NCBI GenBank assembly: GCA_025839675.1 | Contig: CP104013.1 | Coordinates: 2,820,001-2,852,000 of the forward strand | Reading direction: 5' to 3' | Origin: Candidatus Lokiarchaeum ossiferum | Lineage (GTDB): Archaea; Asgardarchaeota; Lokiarchaeia; Sigyniarchaeales; Promethearchaeaceae | DNA length: 32,000 nt | In this document: in pieces, positions 1-8,277 of the stretch | Layout: the number at the start of each line of letters is the position of its first letter | Position numbering within the stretch: position 1 is the stretch's first letter | Notes under the pieces: generated by a model | The model's database searches: none | The model's input: the letters and a program-made list of their open reading frames with translations, nothing else | What the model was told of the DNA's origin: nothing | Program-made: the position numbers and the translations under genes

Positions 1-1
1 T

Positions 2-2638
2 AGATATTCACTCCCTGACAGTGCCAAATTGTATATAATTCCGTTAGGAGAAGAAGAGAATACCACGGAATATAATTTAGCCCATGCAATTAGTGATGTA
101 GATTATCAAGACGGAGTGATTTATAATATTTCGTTGGTAGAAGGTGAAGGAATTCTAAATCGAACAGGTAGCTATGAATATTGGATAGTGTTCAATCGAG
201 ATGGGGAGGTACAGCGAATTCCGGGGATGGAAGACAACTATCAATTTTCCATCCATAGTGAAACGACAATTATTTCAACGATAACTGATTCGGAGATCTT
301 TTTAGAAAAAGGAAAGGGCGAAGAGGCGGAAATCCATTTTACACTTTTAGATCCATTAAATCGATCCTATCTTACCAGTTTCCACAAACCATATTTCAGA
401 ATTAGATATGAAAATAACACAAAAGATAAAGTTCCTCTTATTTGGGGGGATAATTTGATGGAAGTGGATAAATACGATGATAATTGGGTCGATGGGAAAG
501 ACTTTTACTTCAAGTTGACGGAGGGTGAAGGTGTTTTAAATGCAGAGGGAGTCATAGAGGGATACCTTGAAATTATACCAGAAGATGGAGATGAAGCATT
601 ATTTTGTCCAGGACCCCACGAATATACCTATACAACAGTTTTTAAGATCTATGATTATGCAAGTTTTACTTATGATGCAGCGGTCCATTCTTCATTGACC
701 CCAACAATTGATCAGAATTTTAAGTGGAAATCAGGCGAGGATATTATTTTTATAGTAAATTATTCGCAACCTCAAAATTTCGAACCCAAAATGATTGCCT
801 TAGCAATCGACGATGGGATTGTTCCTGATCAGAAACCTCACTATCCTATGGAAAAACTTGATCCTTCAGACAACAATTATACCGATGGATGTTTATACTC
901 GATAAAAGTGGAAATGGGAGGAGAACTTCTACCTTCGATTGGAGACTACTCGTATGATTTTTATTATGGCATCGAACATCACCGAATTTTCAGGGGTGAT
1001 TTGGGACAAGGTGAATTCTATGCATTCACTATAGAAAATGACGCCCCACAACTTTCTAATATTCTTGTAGATGATCCGATTCTAAAAATAGGCGAATCTA
1101 TTCCAATTGTGGTAAATTATACGGATTCTGATGGCGTAGCTCCCGATGAAATTAAACTTTCCCTTTATAATGAAGGGGACGAAGGCGTTTTTGACCATTA
1201 TACCAATTTTACTATGACCCCTCAGACTGTAAATAACCGTGATTATACAATGGGAGTGCTATATATTGCCATGGTGGAAGCAGGTACATATCGTTTCAGC
1301 GAACTTGGAAATTATTCGTACTGTATTTGGGCTACAGATGGGTTAGAAACAGATTTACTCACCGAAACAGATTCGACTTTATATCCCGAACTCGAAATTC
1401 AAGATTCAATGTTCACGTTATCAGAAGGATCATCAAATCCGGCCGTAGTGAATTACTCGAACCCCACTAATGTCAACTTTTTAGTCTACTATACCGATCC
1501 AGATGGGGACTTTCCAACCTATGTTAATGTGTCGATTTATTCAGGAGATACTCTCGAAACAACCTACGATCTAGCCCAAATTGGAGGAATTCATTCCGAT
1601 ACCACAAGACCAGTTCCTTATGCTATACTTCGAGATGTCACTGCATCTTTAACCCCAGGAAATTATACCTATGTCTTTGGAGCTTTCGATGGAACAACGT
1701 ACTTGGAACTTGCCGATGAAAGCTTCACATTGGAAATACAACCATCTATGTTCACATTATCGGACGGATCTGCAACTCCAGCGGTGGTTAATTATTCGAA
1801 TCCAAGCGATGTCGACTTTTTGATCCACTATACCGATCCGGATGGCGACTTCCCAACCCATGTCAATGTGTCGATCTATTCAGGAAGCACCCTCGAGACA
1901 ACTTATGACTTAACCCTAATTGGATCCTTTTCCGATACCACGGGATTAACCCCCTACGGCATCAGCCAAGATGTTACGGCATCCTTAACCCCAGGAAATT
2001 ATACCTATGTCTTTGGAGCTTTCGATGGAACAACGTACTTGGAATGGAGTGAAGAAAACTTCAAATTAGAAGTGAAAAATTCCCTCCCCCTCTTAAAAAA
2101 TGGAAGTGTGAGCAATGCTACCCTCGATTTTGCTTATCCCACCAATACAACATTTTCTGTGTATTTCCAAGATAATGATGGTCCACTTCCGGAATTGGTG
2201 ACATTGTGTATCTACACCACCGCTGGACAATCGGTTGTGAATTATACCATGACTCAAGCCAATCTTGGAATTACCACAGCAGAATCTTGGGTGGAATATA
2301 TCTTTACGGGTAATCTGTTCTTGAATATCACAACTACCGGTACATTCTATTGGGGTGTGGTCGCCCAAGATGAATATGATGAAGTACAACTGTCAGATCT
2401 TACATTTATTTTGACCATAAGCAATTCGACAACAGTGCCTTCTCCAACAGATACTACAACCACCACGACTACAACAACAACCACAGGAACGAATTCTTCC
2501 ACTTCTTCAACAACTGATACCACAGAACCAGAAGGAGGTGGAGGAGGTATTCCAGGATATTCCGTTGGATTATTATTAAGTTGTGTGTTCTTGAGCCTTG
2601 CGATTATATTCAAAAAACACCCAAAATCGTTCAATTAG
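2..2638 (+). CDS. Cell-surface protein, 5'-partial: tandem beta-sandwich-like repeats, poly-Thr stalk, PGF-CTERM-like C-terminal anchor
   Basis: The frame is open from the window edge. The track start at 29 is a TTG with no signal peptide after it. There are at least 4 repeats of about 112 aa, each with a Y-(T/Q)-D-x-D-G-x-x-P motif. N-x-S/T sequons are dense. A Thr-rich run (about 2451-2520) is followed by GGGGG-I-PGY (2552-2560), a hydrophobic helix and KKHPK. Confidence 0.75.
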   Translation, partial: RYSLPDSAKLYIIPLGEEENTTEYNLAHAISDVDYQDGVIYNISLVEGEGILNRTGSYEYWIVFNRDGEVQRIPGMEDNYQFSIHSETTIISTITDSEIFLEKGKGEEAEIHFTLLDPLNRSYLTSFHKPYFRIRYENNTKDKVPLIWGDNLMEVDKYDDNWVDGKDFYFKLTEGEGVLNAEGVIEGYLEIIPEDGDEALFCPGPHEYTYTTVFKIYDYASFTYDAAVHSSLTPTIDQNFKWKSGEDIIFIVNYSQPQNFEPKMIALAIDDGIVPDQKPHYPMEKLDPSDNNYTDGCLYSIKVEMGGELLPSIGDYSYDFYYGIEHHRIFRGDLGQGEFYAFTIENDAPQLSNILVDDPILKIGESIPIVVNYTDSDGVAPDEIKLSLYNEGDEGVFDHYTNFTMTPQTVNNRDYTMGVLYIAMVEAGTYRFSELGNYSYCIWATDGLETDLLTETDSTLYPELEIQDSMFTLSEGSSNPAVVNYSNPTNVNFLVYYTDPDGDFPTYVNVSIYSGDTLETTYDLAQIGGIHSDTTRPVPYAILRDVTASLTPGNYTYVFGAFDGTTYLELADESFTLEIQPSMFTLSDGSATPAVVNYSNPSDVDFLIHYTDPDGDFPTHVNVSIYSGSTLETTYDLTLIGSFSDTTGLTPYGISQDVTASLTPGNYTYVFGAFDGTTYLEWSEENFKLEVKNSLPLLKNGSVSNATLDFAYPTNTTFSVYFQDNDGPLPELVTLCIYTTAGQSVVNYTMTQANLGITTAESWVEYIFTGNLFLNITTTGTFYWGVVAQDEYDEVQLSDLTFILTISNSTTVPSPTDTTTTTTTTTTTGTNSSTSSTTDTTEPEGGGGGIPGYSVGLLLSCVFLSLAIIFKKHPKSFN
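1406..2080 (+). repeat. Tandem in-frame duplication of one about 113-aa domain (1406-1744 and 1745-2080) inside the surface-protein gene
   Basis: Hand alignment: SMFTLSEGSSNPAVVNYSNP... versus SMFTLSDGSATPAVVNYSNP..., roughly three quarters identical with one 1-codon indel. It includes a 60-nt perfectly identical core (1649-1708 = 1985-2044). Confidence 0.9.
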
Positions 2639-2783
2639 AGATGTGGGAAACATTTCTGATTTTTTTTCCTTTTACTTCTTTCTTTTCCGATTTCTCATCC
2701 AAATCTACACTTCAAGTCCGAGGATTCATCCTAAATTCAGCTGAAAAAATTCTAAAAGTGCGTCGTGTTAGGGAAAGTATCGT

Positions 2784-3599
2784 ATGTCAGATTATAACAA
2801 TTGGTTGATCGAACAAGATATGGGCATTTTTTGGCTCAAACTAAATCGTTTGGATAAAATGAATTCTTTTAGTGCCGAAGTTGCTACCGAGTTAGATGAA
2901 ATCTTACAAGGTTTTCTCACAAATCCAGAGATTCGAGTGTTAATTTTATCTAGTAATTCGGATCACTTTTTCTCTGCGGGGGCAGATATTGACTGGTTTA
3001 TTGCCATTGATGGTGAACAAGCAGAAGATGTATCCGTGCGTTGTCATGATATTTTTGGACGGTTAGAACAAATGCCGTTTCCGGTGATTGCCGCCATTAA
3101 GGGCTTATGTTTAACCGCAGGATTAGAATTAAGCATCTGTGCGGATATAATCTATGCCGCAGAAAATGCGAAATTTGGACAGATCGAAACCGTCTATGGA
3201 ATTACTCCTGGTGGAGGAGGTACACAGCGCCTTGCACGACTAATTGGACCAAATCGCGCCAAGGAGTTGATATTCTCTGCACGGGTGATAGGAGCAGAAG
3301 AAGCGGATAAAATCGGGTTAATAAATGCAGTATTTCCTCTGGAAGGGTTTGATGCAAAAATCAACCGGATTGCCCGAAAAATGACCGTGAATTGCAAAGA
3401 AGCCATTGCACGGAGTAAACGATTGGTAAACGAAGCCACTTTTACCTCAGAGAGTGGATTTCGATCCGAAGAAATTGCCTTCAATGAAAGTTTTGCTTCG
3501 GGAGAACCTCGGGATCGACTTAGCCATTTCAAAAAGCAGCAAGAAAGAGAACGAAAACGGAAAGAAAGAAAATTGCGAAGAGCACAAAAAGCGGATTAA
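2784..3599 (+). CDS. Enoyl-CoA hydratase/isomerase (crotonase superfamily) with a Lys/Arg-rich C-terminal tail
   Basis: Crotonase signatures FFSAGADI, GLCLTAGLELSICADI and ETVYGITPGGGGTQRLARLIG. The tail reads KKQQERERKRKERKLRRAQKAD. A T8 tract (3605-3612) follows the stop. Confidence 0.9.
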   Translation: MSDYNNWLIEQDMGIFWLKLNRLDKMNSFSAEVATELDEILQGFLTNPEIRVLILSSNSDHFFSAGADIDWFIAIDGEQAEDVSVRCHDIFGRLEQMPFPVIAAIKGLCLTAGLELSICADIIYAAENAKFGQIETVYGITPGGGGTQRLARLIGPNRAKELIFSARVIGAEEADKIGLINAVFPLEGFDAKINRIARKMTVNCKEAIARSKRLVNEATFTSESGFRSEEIAFNESFASGEPRDRLSHFKKQQERERKRKERKLRRAQKAD

Positions 3600-3803
3600 T
3601 TTCCTTTTTTTTAGATAAATGTTGATCTTTTGAGATAAGATTCTTTGAAAATTGATTATAATTGTGAATTTTCTCGATTTTCGATCTTCGTACGGAAAAC
3701 AGTTTTTAAGTTATTTCACATTAGTTAGGTTAATTCATTTTGAATCCTAAGAAAAAAAAAAATTCGGATTTTTTCGAAGGATTTGATATATTGGTGAACA
3801 AAC

Positions 3804-4058
3804 ATGGCACAATTCCGATTTCGATTAACAGGAGTTCCTCCTGATCAAGCAATCAAATTAATTGATGTTGATACCGGCAATACAATTGCAGAAATTAAGA
3901 AAGAAGTACAAAAAGCTTATAAATTGAATCCTATTTTAGCCATTCAATTTATTTTCAAGGGAAAAGTAATTCCTGACAATTTGAAGTTCGCAAAAGTAGG
4001 TGTGAATCCAAAGACTGATGTAATCACAGTTATGGCCACACAAGCTGGTGGATATTAA
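3804..4058 (+). CDS. Ubiquitin-like beta-grasp protein (84 aa) ending in ...AGG-Y
   Basis: It aligns by eye to ubiquitin: FRFRLTG versus IFVKTLTG, TIAEIKKEVQ versus TIENVKAKIQ, FIFKGKVIPD versus LIFAGKQLED, and C-terminal ITVMATQAGG versus LHLVLRLRGG. One extra residue (Y) follows GG. A GGTGA motif lies 8 nt upstream of the ATG. Confidence 0.7.
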   Translation: MAQFRFRLTGVPPDQAIKLIDVDTGNTIAEIKKEVQKAYKLNPILAIQFIFKGKVIPDNLKFAKVGVNPKTDVITVMATQAGGY

Positions 4059-4069
4059 TTTTTTTTTTT
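4059..4069 (+). terminator. Oligo-T (T11) tract immediately after the ubiquitin-like gene stop
   Basis: TAA at 4056-4058 is followed directly by 11 T residues. Oligo-T tracts are the usual archaeal termination signal. Confidence 0.6.
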
Positions 4070-4247
4070 ACTACTCCTTTATCATTTTAACCCAAGTAAC
4101 TCACGATAACTTAAGCTAGTGACTTTGGGCAAAATATAATTAAAAAAATGATAAAAAAATATTCTTGAGCCCACTGACGATAGAAGTAGGACAAAATTTA
4201 TGCAATACAGTTCTATTTGCTTTGGATCATTTCATTTTGTAGAAACA

Positions 4248-5192
4248 TTAGATTTTCCGGGTGTCAATCTTATAGACTACTTGAGTTTTGTTGATATCTT
4301 CTTCAAATCCAAATTTAGTTGGTAATTCAATATCCGAAGTGTTTTTGCCTGATGTATTAAATTGCACCATTTTATTACCTCTTTTATTTAAATTTTGAAG
4401 TGCAGTACCCATTAATGCTTCTCCAATTCCCTGATTTTGATATTTTTTCCGAACACCAATACTTCCGATAAATCGACTGACATTATCTTGTTTAGAATCT
4501 AAAACATTGCATGCTCCAACGATTTTCTTACCTTTATAGGCATAGAAATGAACCGGATCAAAAGTTTTCTTTTGCATGGCTTCCCAATCTTGAATATTTT
4601 CAGGAGTATCGGGGATCCATTCATCCTTATTTTCATAAGCCTCATTCATTACGGATACATGTTGTTTTGGATCAATAATTTTATCGGCTACCTTTATTTC
4701 AATACCCTTTGGAATGGTAACTTTGGGAATATTGTTCAAGTTTTTTAAGTTTAAAGAGTAGATGTAATGATCGGGTGTGAAGTTAAGAGTTTTCAAGGCA
4801 TTGTTTAAGATAGGTCTCATTTTATCCGAGGTAATTTTGATACCCGGAGCATTTTGTTCTTTCGCTTGGTTTAAAACAGTGGTGATTAATTGAGTCCATA
4901 TTTCTTCCGTTTCTACTTCAGGAAGAACATTACACAATAAAATCCATGGATCTTTAGCAACTTCAGTTCGCATAAGTCCCGCAAATCCAATTACTTTTCC
5001 ATCATCATCCATTGCGAAGATGGAATCCGCCTCAAGAGTTGAATTCACATATATGGTTTTCATAACATCGTGTATCCTATCCTTGGTCAAAGGTGGATTG
5101 TTTGGATAGAATTTTTTCCGGCTTTGTTCCGCAATTTCAACCATTGCATCTATTTTCGATTCATTATCATACTTAACAATTTTCATATACAT
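4248..5192 (-). CDS. Two-domain GNAT-family N-acetyltransferase
   Basis: At 314 aa it is long enough for two GNAT folds. The C-terminal half carries the acetyl-CoA motif VRKKYQNQGIGEALM. The N-terminal half has a GKVIGFAGL beta-strand region. Confidence 0.8.
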   Translation of the reverse strand: MYMKIVKYDNESKIDAMVEIAEQSRKKFYPNNPPLTKDRIHDVMKTIYVNSTLEADSIFAMDDDGKVIGFAGLMRTEVAKDPWILLCNVLPEVETEEIWTQLITTVLNQAKEQNAPGIKITSDKMRPILNNALKTLNFTPDHYIYSLNLKNLNNIPKVTIPKGIEIKVADKIIDPKQHVSVMNEAYENKDEWIPDTPENIQDWEAMQKKTFDPVHFYAYKGKKIVGACNVLDSKQDNVSRFIGSIGVRKKYQNQGIGEALMGTALQNLNKRGNKMVQFNTSGKNTSDIELPTKFGFEEDINKTQVVYKIDTRKI

Positions 5193-5329
5193 TCCCCCAT
5201 AAAAGATTTGATCATGCCATTTATGTAAATAGCATGACTATCAAGTCATAAGAACTAATTGAAAATAAATGTTCCCAAAATTGACATGTATTCAAAAAAA
5301 ATGAAAAAAAGGATTAAAATTAACACCAA

Positions 5330-6814
5330 TTAAAGCAATTCTGAAATGGGATTGGGATTTTTATTTAGCTCAAGCTCAGTCGCCCGTTGCTTTAAAATGT
5401 TCGAGATGCGCTTTACATCTTTTTTTATATATTTCGCTCCGATTATCCAAAATAAAGCACCGATCATACCAACACTCATAGTTATAATTGCTGTAGTTTG
5501 ATAGTTATTGTTAAAGATAGTTAGTAACACTCCAGCAATAATAGGTCCTAAACCGCTTCCTATCATCTCAAGAAGTTGATTTGCAGAACTCACAGTTCCT
5601 TGCGCTTCAGGCAAATTGATTTTTTGCAAAACTACGGGTTGATTCATATTATATACCGTTATTACAACTTTTCCGAGGAAACTCATCCCACCGAATGCCC
5701 AAAGAATTGGATATTGAAATAATATACTTAGCTGCATTCCTTGCTCAATTGACAAATAAGGTAAAGGAAAGAGGAAAGAACCAAGAAAGATCCCAAAGAG
5801 AATAACCATTGAAATAGTGATTAAAACTAGCCGATTTGAAATATTTTTCTTTCCCAATCGATCTGAGATCTTCGCAAAAGTTAAGGAACCTAAGATTGCT
5901 CCCGGGATTCCTGTTACTAACATAAGAATAGTGATAACTAATGGAGAAAAATTGTAGGGAGGAGATTGAACATATGCCAGAAGAAGAAAATCGGGAATGC
6001 TCATTAAAATGGTAGTAAAAATCCCTTCAATAAAGGCGATTATATTGGTTGGAGCCATAATTGTTTTTTTGACCATTTCCTTTGTCAATACATAGTTGTA
6101 TTCTGCATTATTGGATTGTAAAACTTCTTTTAACTCATTTTGAGTGGCACCTCGTTTGGGTTCTAGCGCTTTAAAATATACAACTAATCCAATTACCATA
6201 TTTATTCCACCAACAATCCAGAAATATTCACGCCAGTAATTATTTTGGAGAACTACAGCAGAAATAAGGCTTCCGAAAATTTGAAAAATTTGAAAGGAAG
6301 CATTAATAGCCCCGTAATACTGAGAACGCTCATCCTCTTCAGTAGCATCATTGGCATAAGAGGTGACTATTGGAAAAATACCTCCACTAAAGAAACTTCG
6401 AACAGCTAGGCATGTAAAGAAATAGTAATAAGTGGTCATACCTAATCCAGCAGGGACAAATCCATTTAATAAATATCCAAGCCCATAGAAGAAAGCAACA
6501 ATCGCCAGCAAATTTTTGCGAGAAAAGCGATCGGCAAAGGCACCAAATAAAACTCCAGAAATACCCATAATCCAAGTGGAAATCCCGAGCATCAACCCAA
6601 ATTCTTTAGCTCGAAAGGGTTCATTTGGGAACATAATCGTCGAAATGATGATGATATTTATCATTAAAACAGCAAAAGTAAAGGCAAAAGCATTTTGAAC
6701 TAAAAAAGAAGGCCACATTTTCTTAAAAATTTTCGATTTCGTTTTGACCAATGGGTTAGATTCACTAGAAAGTGAATCATCAGAGTTTGAATCGTTTGTT
6801 GTCATGGTTATCAC
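5330..6814 (-). CDS. MFS-type transporter
   Basis: About 12-14 hydrophobic helices. There is an MFS motif-A-like loop GAFADRFSRKNLL after TM2 and a central hydrophilic loop. Confidence 0.85.
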   Translation of the reverse strand: MITMTTNDSNSDDSLSSESNPLVKTKSKIFKKMWPSFLVQNAFAFTFAVLMINIIIISTIMFPNEPFRAKEFGLMLGISTWIMGISGVLFGAFADRFSRKNLLAIVAFFYGLGYLLNGFVPAGLGMTTYYYFFTCLAVRSFFSGGIFPIVTSYANDATEEDERSQYYGAINASFQIFQIFGSLISAVVLQNNYWREYFWIVGGINMVIGLVVYFKALEPKRGATQNELKEVLQSNNAEYNYVLTKEMVKKTIMAPTNIIAFIEGIFTTILMSIPDFLLLAYVQSPPYNFSPLVITILMLVTGIPGAILGSLTFAKISDRLGKKNISNRLVLITISMVILFGIFLGSFLFPLPYLSIEQGMQLSILFQYPILWAFGGMSFLGKVVITVYNMNQPVVLQKINLPEAQGTVSSANQLLEMIGSGLGPIIAGVLLTIFNNNYQTTAIITMSVGMIGALFWIIGAKYIKKDVKRISNILKQRATELELNKNPNPISELL

Positions 6815-6856
6815 GTTTTTAACTATTTGGAATATTATGCAAAATTATAATTCATT

Positions 6857-6954
6857 CGGTATTTATTAATTTTTCCGAAGACTAATATACTTTGGATATT
6901 AAGAATATTTAAATGTTTGGAATTTTTTAGTAATACCGAAGACATACGGTATTT
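6857..6954. promoter_or_regulatory. Candidate operator repeats in the divergent MFS/regulator intergenic region
   Basis: CGGTATTT occurs at 6857-6864 and 6947-6954. CCGAAGAC occurs at 6875-6882 and 6936-6943. There is a perfect inverted repeat AATACCG-n8-CGGTATT (6932-6953). Confidence 0.4.
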
Positions 6955-6981
6955 CTATCAATAAAGGAATGATCCCAATTT

Positions 6982-7749
6982 ATGCCTAAAAAATCGATCA
7001 GCAATACTGAGCCGAGAAATCGGACAAAACTAGATAAAAATTCACATTCAATAGTAAATATATTAAAAAGTAAGTCAAAATTTCAAATTTATAGTCTTTT
7101 AGAGATGTATCCAGAGATCAGCCTAAATCATCTTTGCTTGCTTTTAAAAAAAAAAAAGCCTACTGTCCACGGCCATTTAAAAACTTTAATTGATGTGGGA
7201 TTAGTTGCGGAACCCCATTTTAAGTCGGTTGAAAGTGATCCTTCACTAGGAAAATCCAAAAAAAATGTTCAAGCATTTTACAGTCTTGTTGAAAACTATC
7301 AGGATTTATTGAAAGAAGTTGATCCCAATCCAGAAATCTTAGATGACCTATCCTCCACCGTTATCTTGGATCAAATTGCAACATCTAAAGCGATTTCCAA
7401 TATCAATATTATGAATTTAACTCGAGTTACTGAGTTTTTTAATAAGGTTGAAAAAAAAATCTTAAAAGAGGGAAAAGTATCTGAAGAATTAGAAACTCTA
7501 TTTAAATCCATGGTAGGAGTTGAAACGGATAGAAAAGGAATCGATCGGATATATTCTGAATTTACAAATTCCTTTTATTACTTCACTGAAGAACAATTTC
7601 ACAAATATCGTCTTGCTTATAATACTTTCATGGAAAATTTCTTGAATACAATAGAGTTCAATAAAACTGATTCAAAACGGGCCAAACCGAATTATATTAT
7701 GTCGGTATCGATACCTATGAAAAAGATAATCGAATTTCTAAATCAATAA
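6982..7749 (+). CDS. Winged-helix (ArsR-like) transcriptional regulator with an uncharacterised C-terminal domain
   Basis: The N-terminal region IVNILKSKSKFQIYSLLEMYPEISLNHLCLLLKKKKPTVHGHLKTLIDVGLV fits the HTH and wing pattern. The gene is divergent from the MFS transporter gene. Confidence 0.6.
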   Translation: MPKKSISNTEPRNRTKLDKNSHSIVNILKSKSKFQIYSLLEMYPEISLNHLCLLLKKKKPTVHGHLKTLIDVGLVAEPHFKSVESDPSLGKSKKNVQAFYSLVENYQDLLKEVDPNPEILDDLSSTVILDQIATSKAISNINIMNLTRVTEFFNKVEKKILKEGKVSEELETLFKSMVGVETDRKGIDRIYSEFTNSFYYFTEEQFHKYRLAYNTFMENFLNTIEFNKTDSKRAKPNYIMSVSIPMKKIIEFLNQ

Positions 7750-7760
7750 TCTCTTAAATA

Positions 7761-7827
7761 TTAATTACTGTAGTTGGATAGTAATTATTCAAGATGGTTA
7801 GTAAAACTCCAGCAATAATTGATCCTA
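7761..7827 (-). pseudogene. Remnant of the 3' end of a second MFS transporter gene
   Basis: An ungapped alignment of about 67 nt to 5484-5550 (the C-terminal part of the intact MFS gene) has about 10 mismatches. Minus-strand translation LGSIIAGVLLTILNNYYPTTVINI* compares with LGPIIAGVLLTIFNNNYQTTAIIT. Confidence 0.7.
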
Positions 7828-7970
7828 AAAAAATAAACATTATTATTACTGATTTCAATATGCCGGATTTAAACAGAATTGAATTAGCAAGTGCAATTAA
7901 AAAGATTGATGCATCTGTTCCAATAATTCTAATTTCAGGGTCAGAATATTGTTTAAACCGATTGATCTGA
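7794..7970 (+). pseudogene. Internal fragment of a response-regulator receiver (REC) domain
   Basis: The 58-codon frame includes PKKINIIITDFNMPDLNRIELASAIKKIDASVPIILISGSE. This matches the central REC pattern (D-x-x-MP...L...I...P-I-I-x-x-S-G). The N-terminal acidic pocket and the C-terminal Lys region are missing. Confidence 0.6.
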
Positions 7971-8019
7971 AGAAATTAACTAAGGTTTTTTTAGTAATTT
8001 GCAAAAAAAAGGCGAATCT

Positions 8020-8277
8020 TTAGTAGCGAGTTATCATTAAAACAAGAATCACGGATGAAAAAAGAAGGTAAAAATTAGCTCTACAAACTTTTAACACTTT
8101 TAAATAAGATAATGAAGCAATTATGATGAATACCGGAATAAATATATATATATAAACATGAAAAAATGCTTGATCTAATACGTTAGGAACTAAATTTTCA
8201 CCACATTCAATACAGATTTCCGCTTCTCTTTGATAGTTTGCTTCTTTTAATGGAAGAAAAATACTCGCTCTAATCAA
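8020..8277 (-). CDS. Possible small two-TM membrane protein, last gene of the beta-helix operon
   Basis: It has a TTG start overlapping the stop of the upstream wHTH gene by 8 nt, and two hydrophobic segments. It has no ATG start and no recognisable domain. Confidence 0.3.
   Translation of the reverse strand: MIRASIFLPLKEANYQREAEICIECGENLVPNVLDQAFFHVYIYIFIPVFIIIASLSYLKVLKVCRANFYLLFSSVILVLMITRY

Noticed and set aside
2451-2520. ACN-rich microsatellite-like stretch.
   Set aside because: It is in frame and encodes the poly-Thr/Ser stalk of the surface protein using mixed Thr codons. It is therefore a coding low-complexity linker rather than an independent DNA repeat.
2581-2808. 75-aa ORF spanning the end of the surface-protein gene and the crotonase upstream region.
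   Set aside because: It overlaps the C-terminal anchor coding region out of frame. It then runs through T-rich spacer that more plausibly holds the terminator and promoter. No motif recognised.
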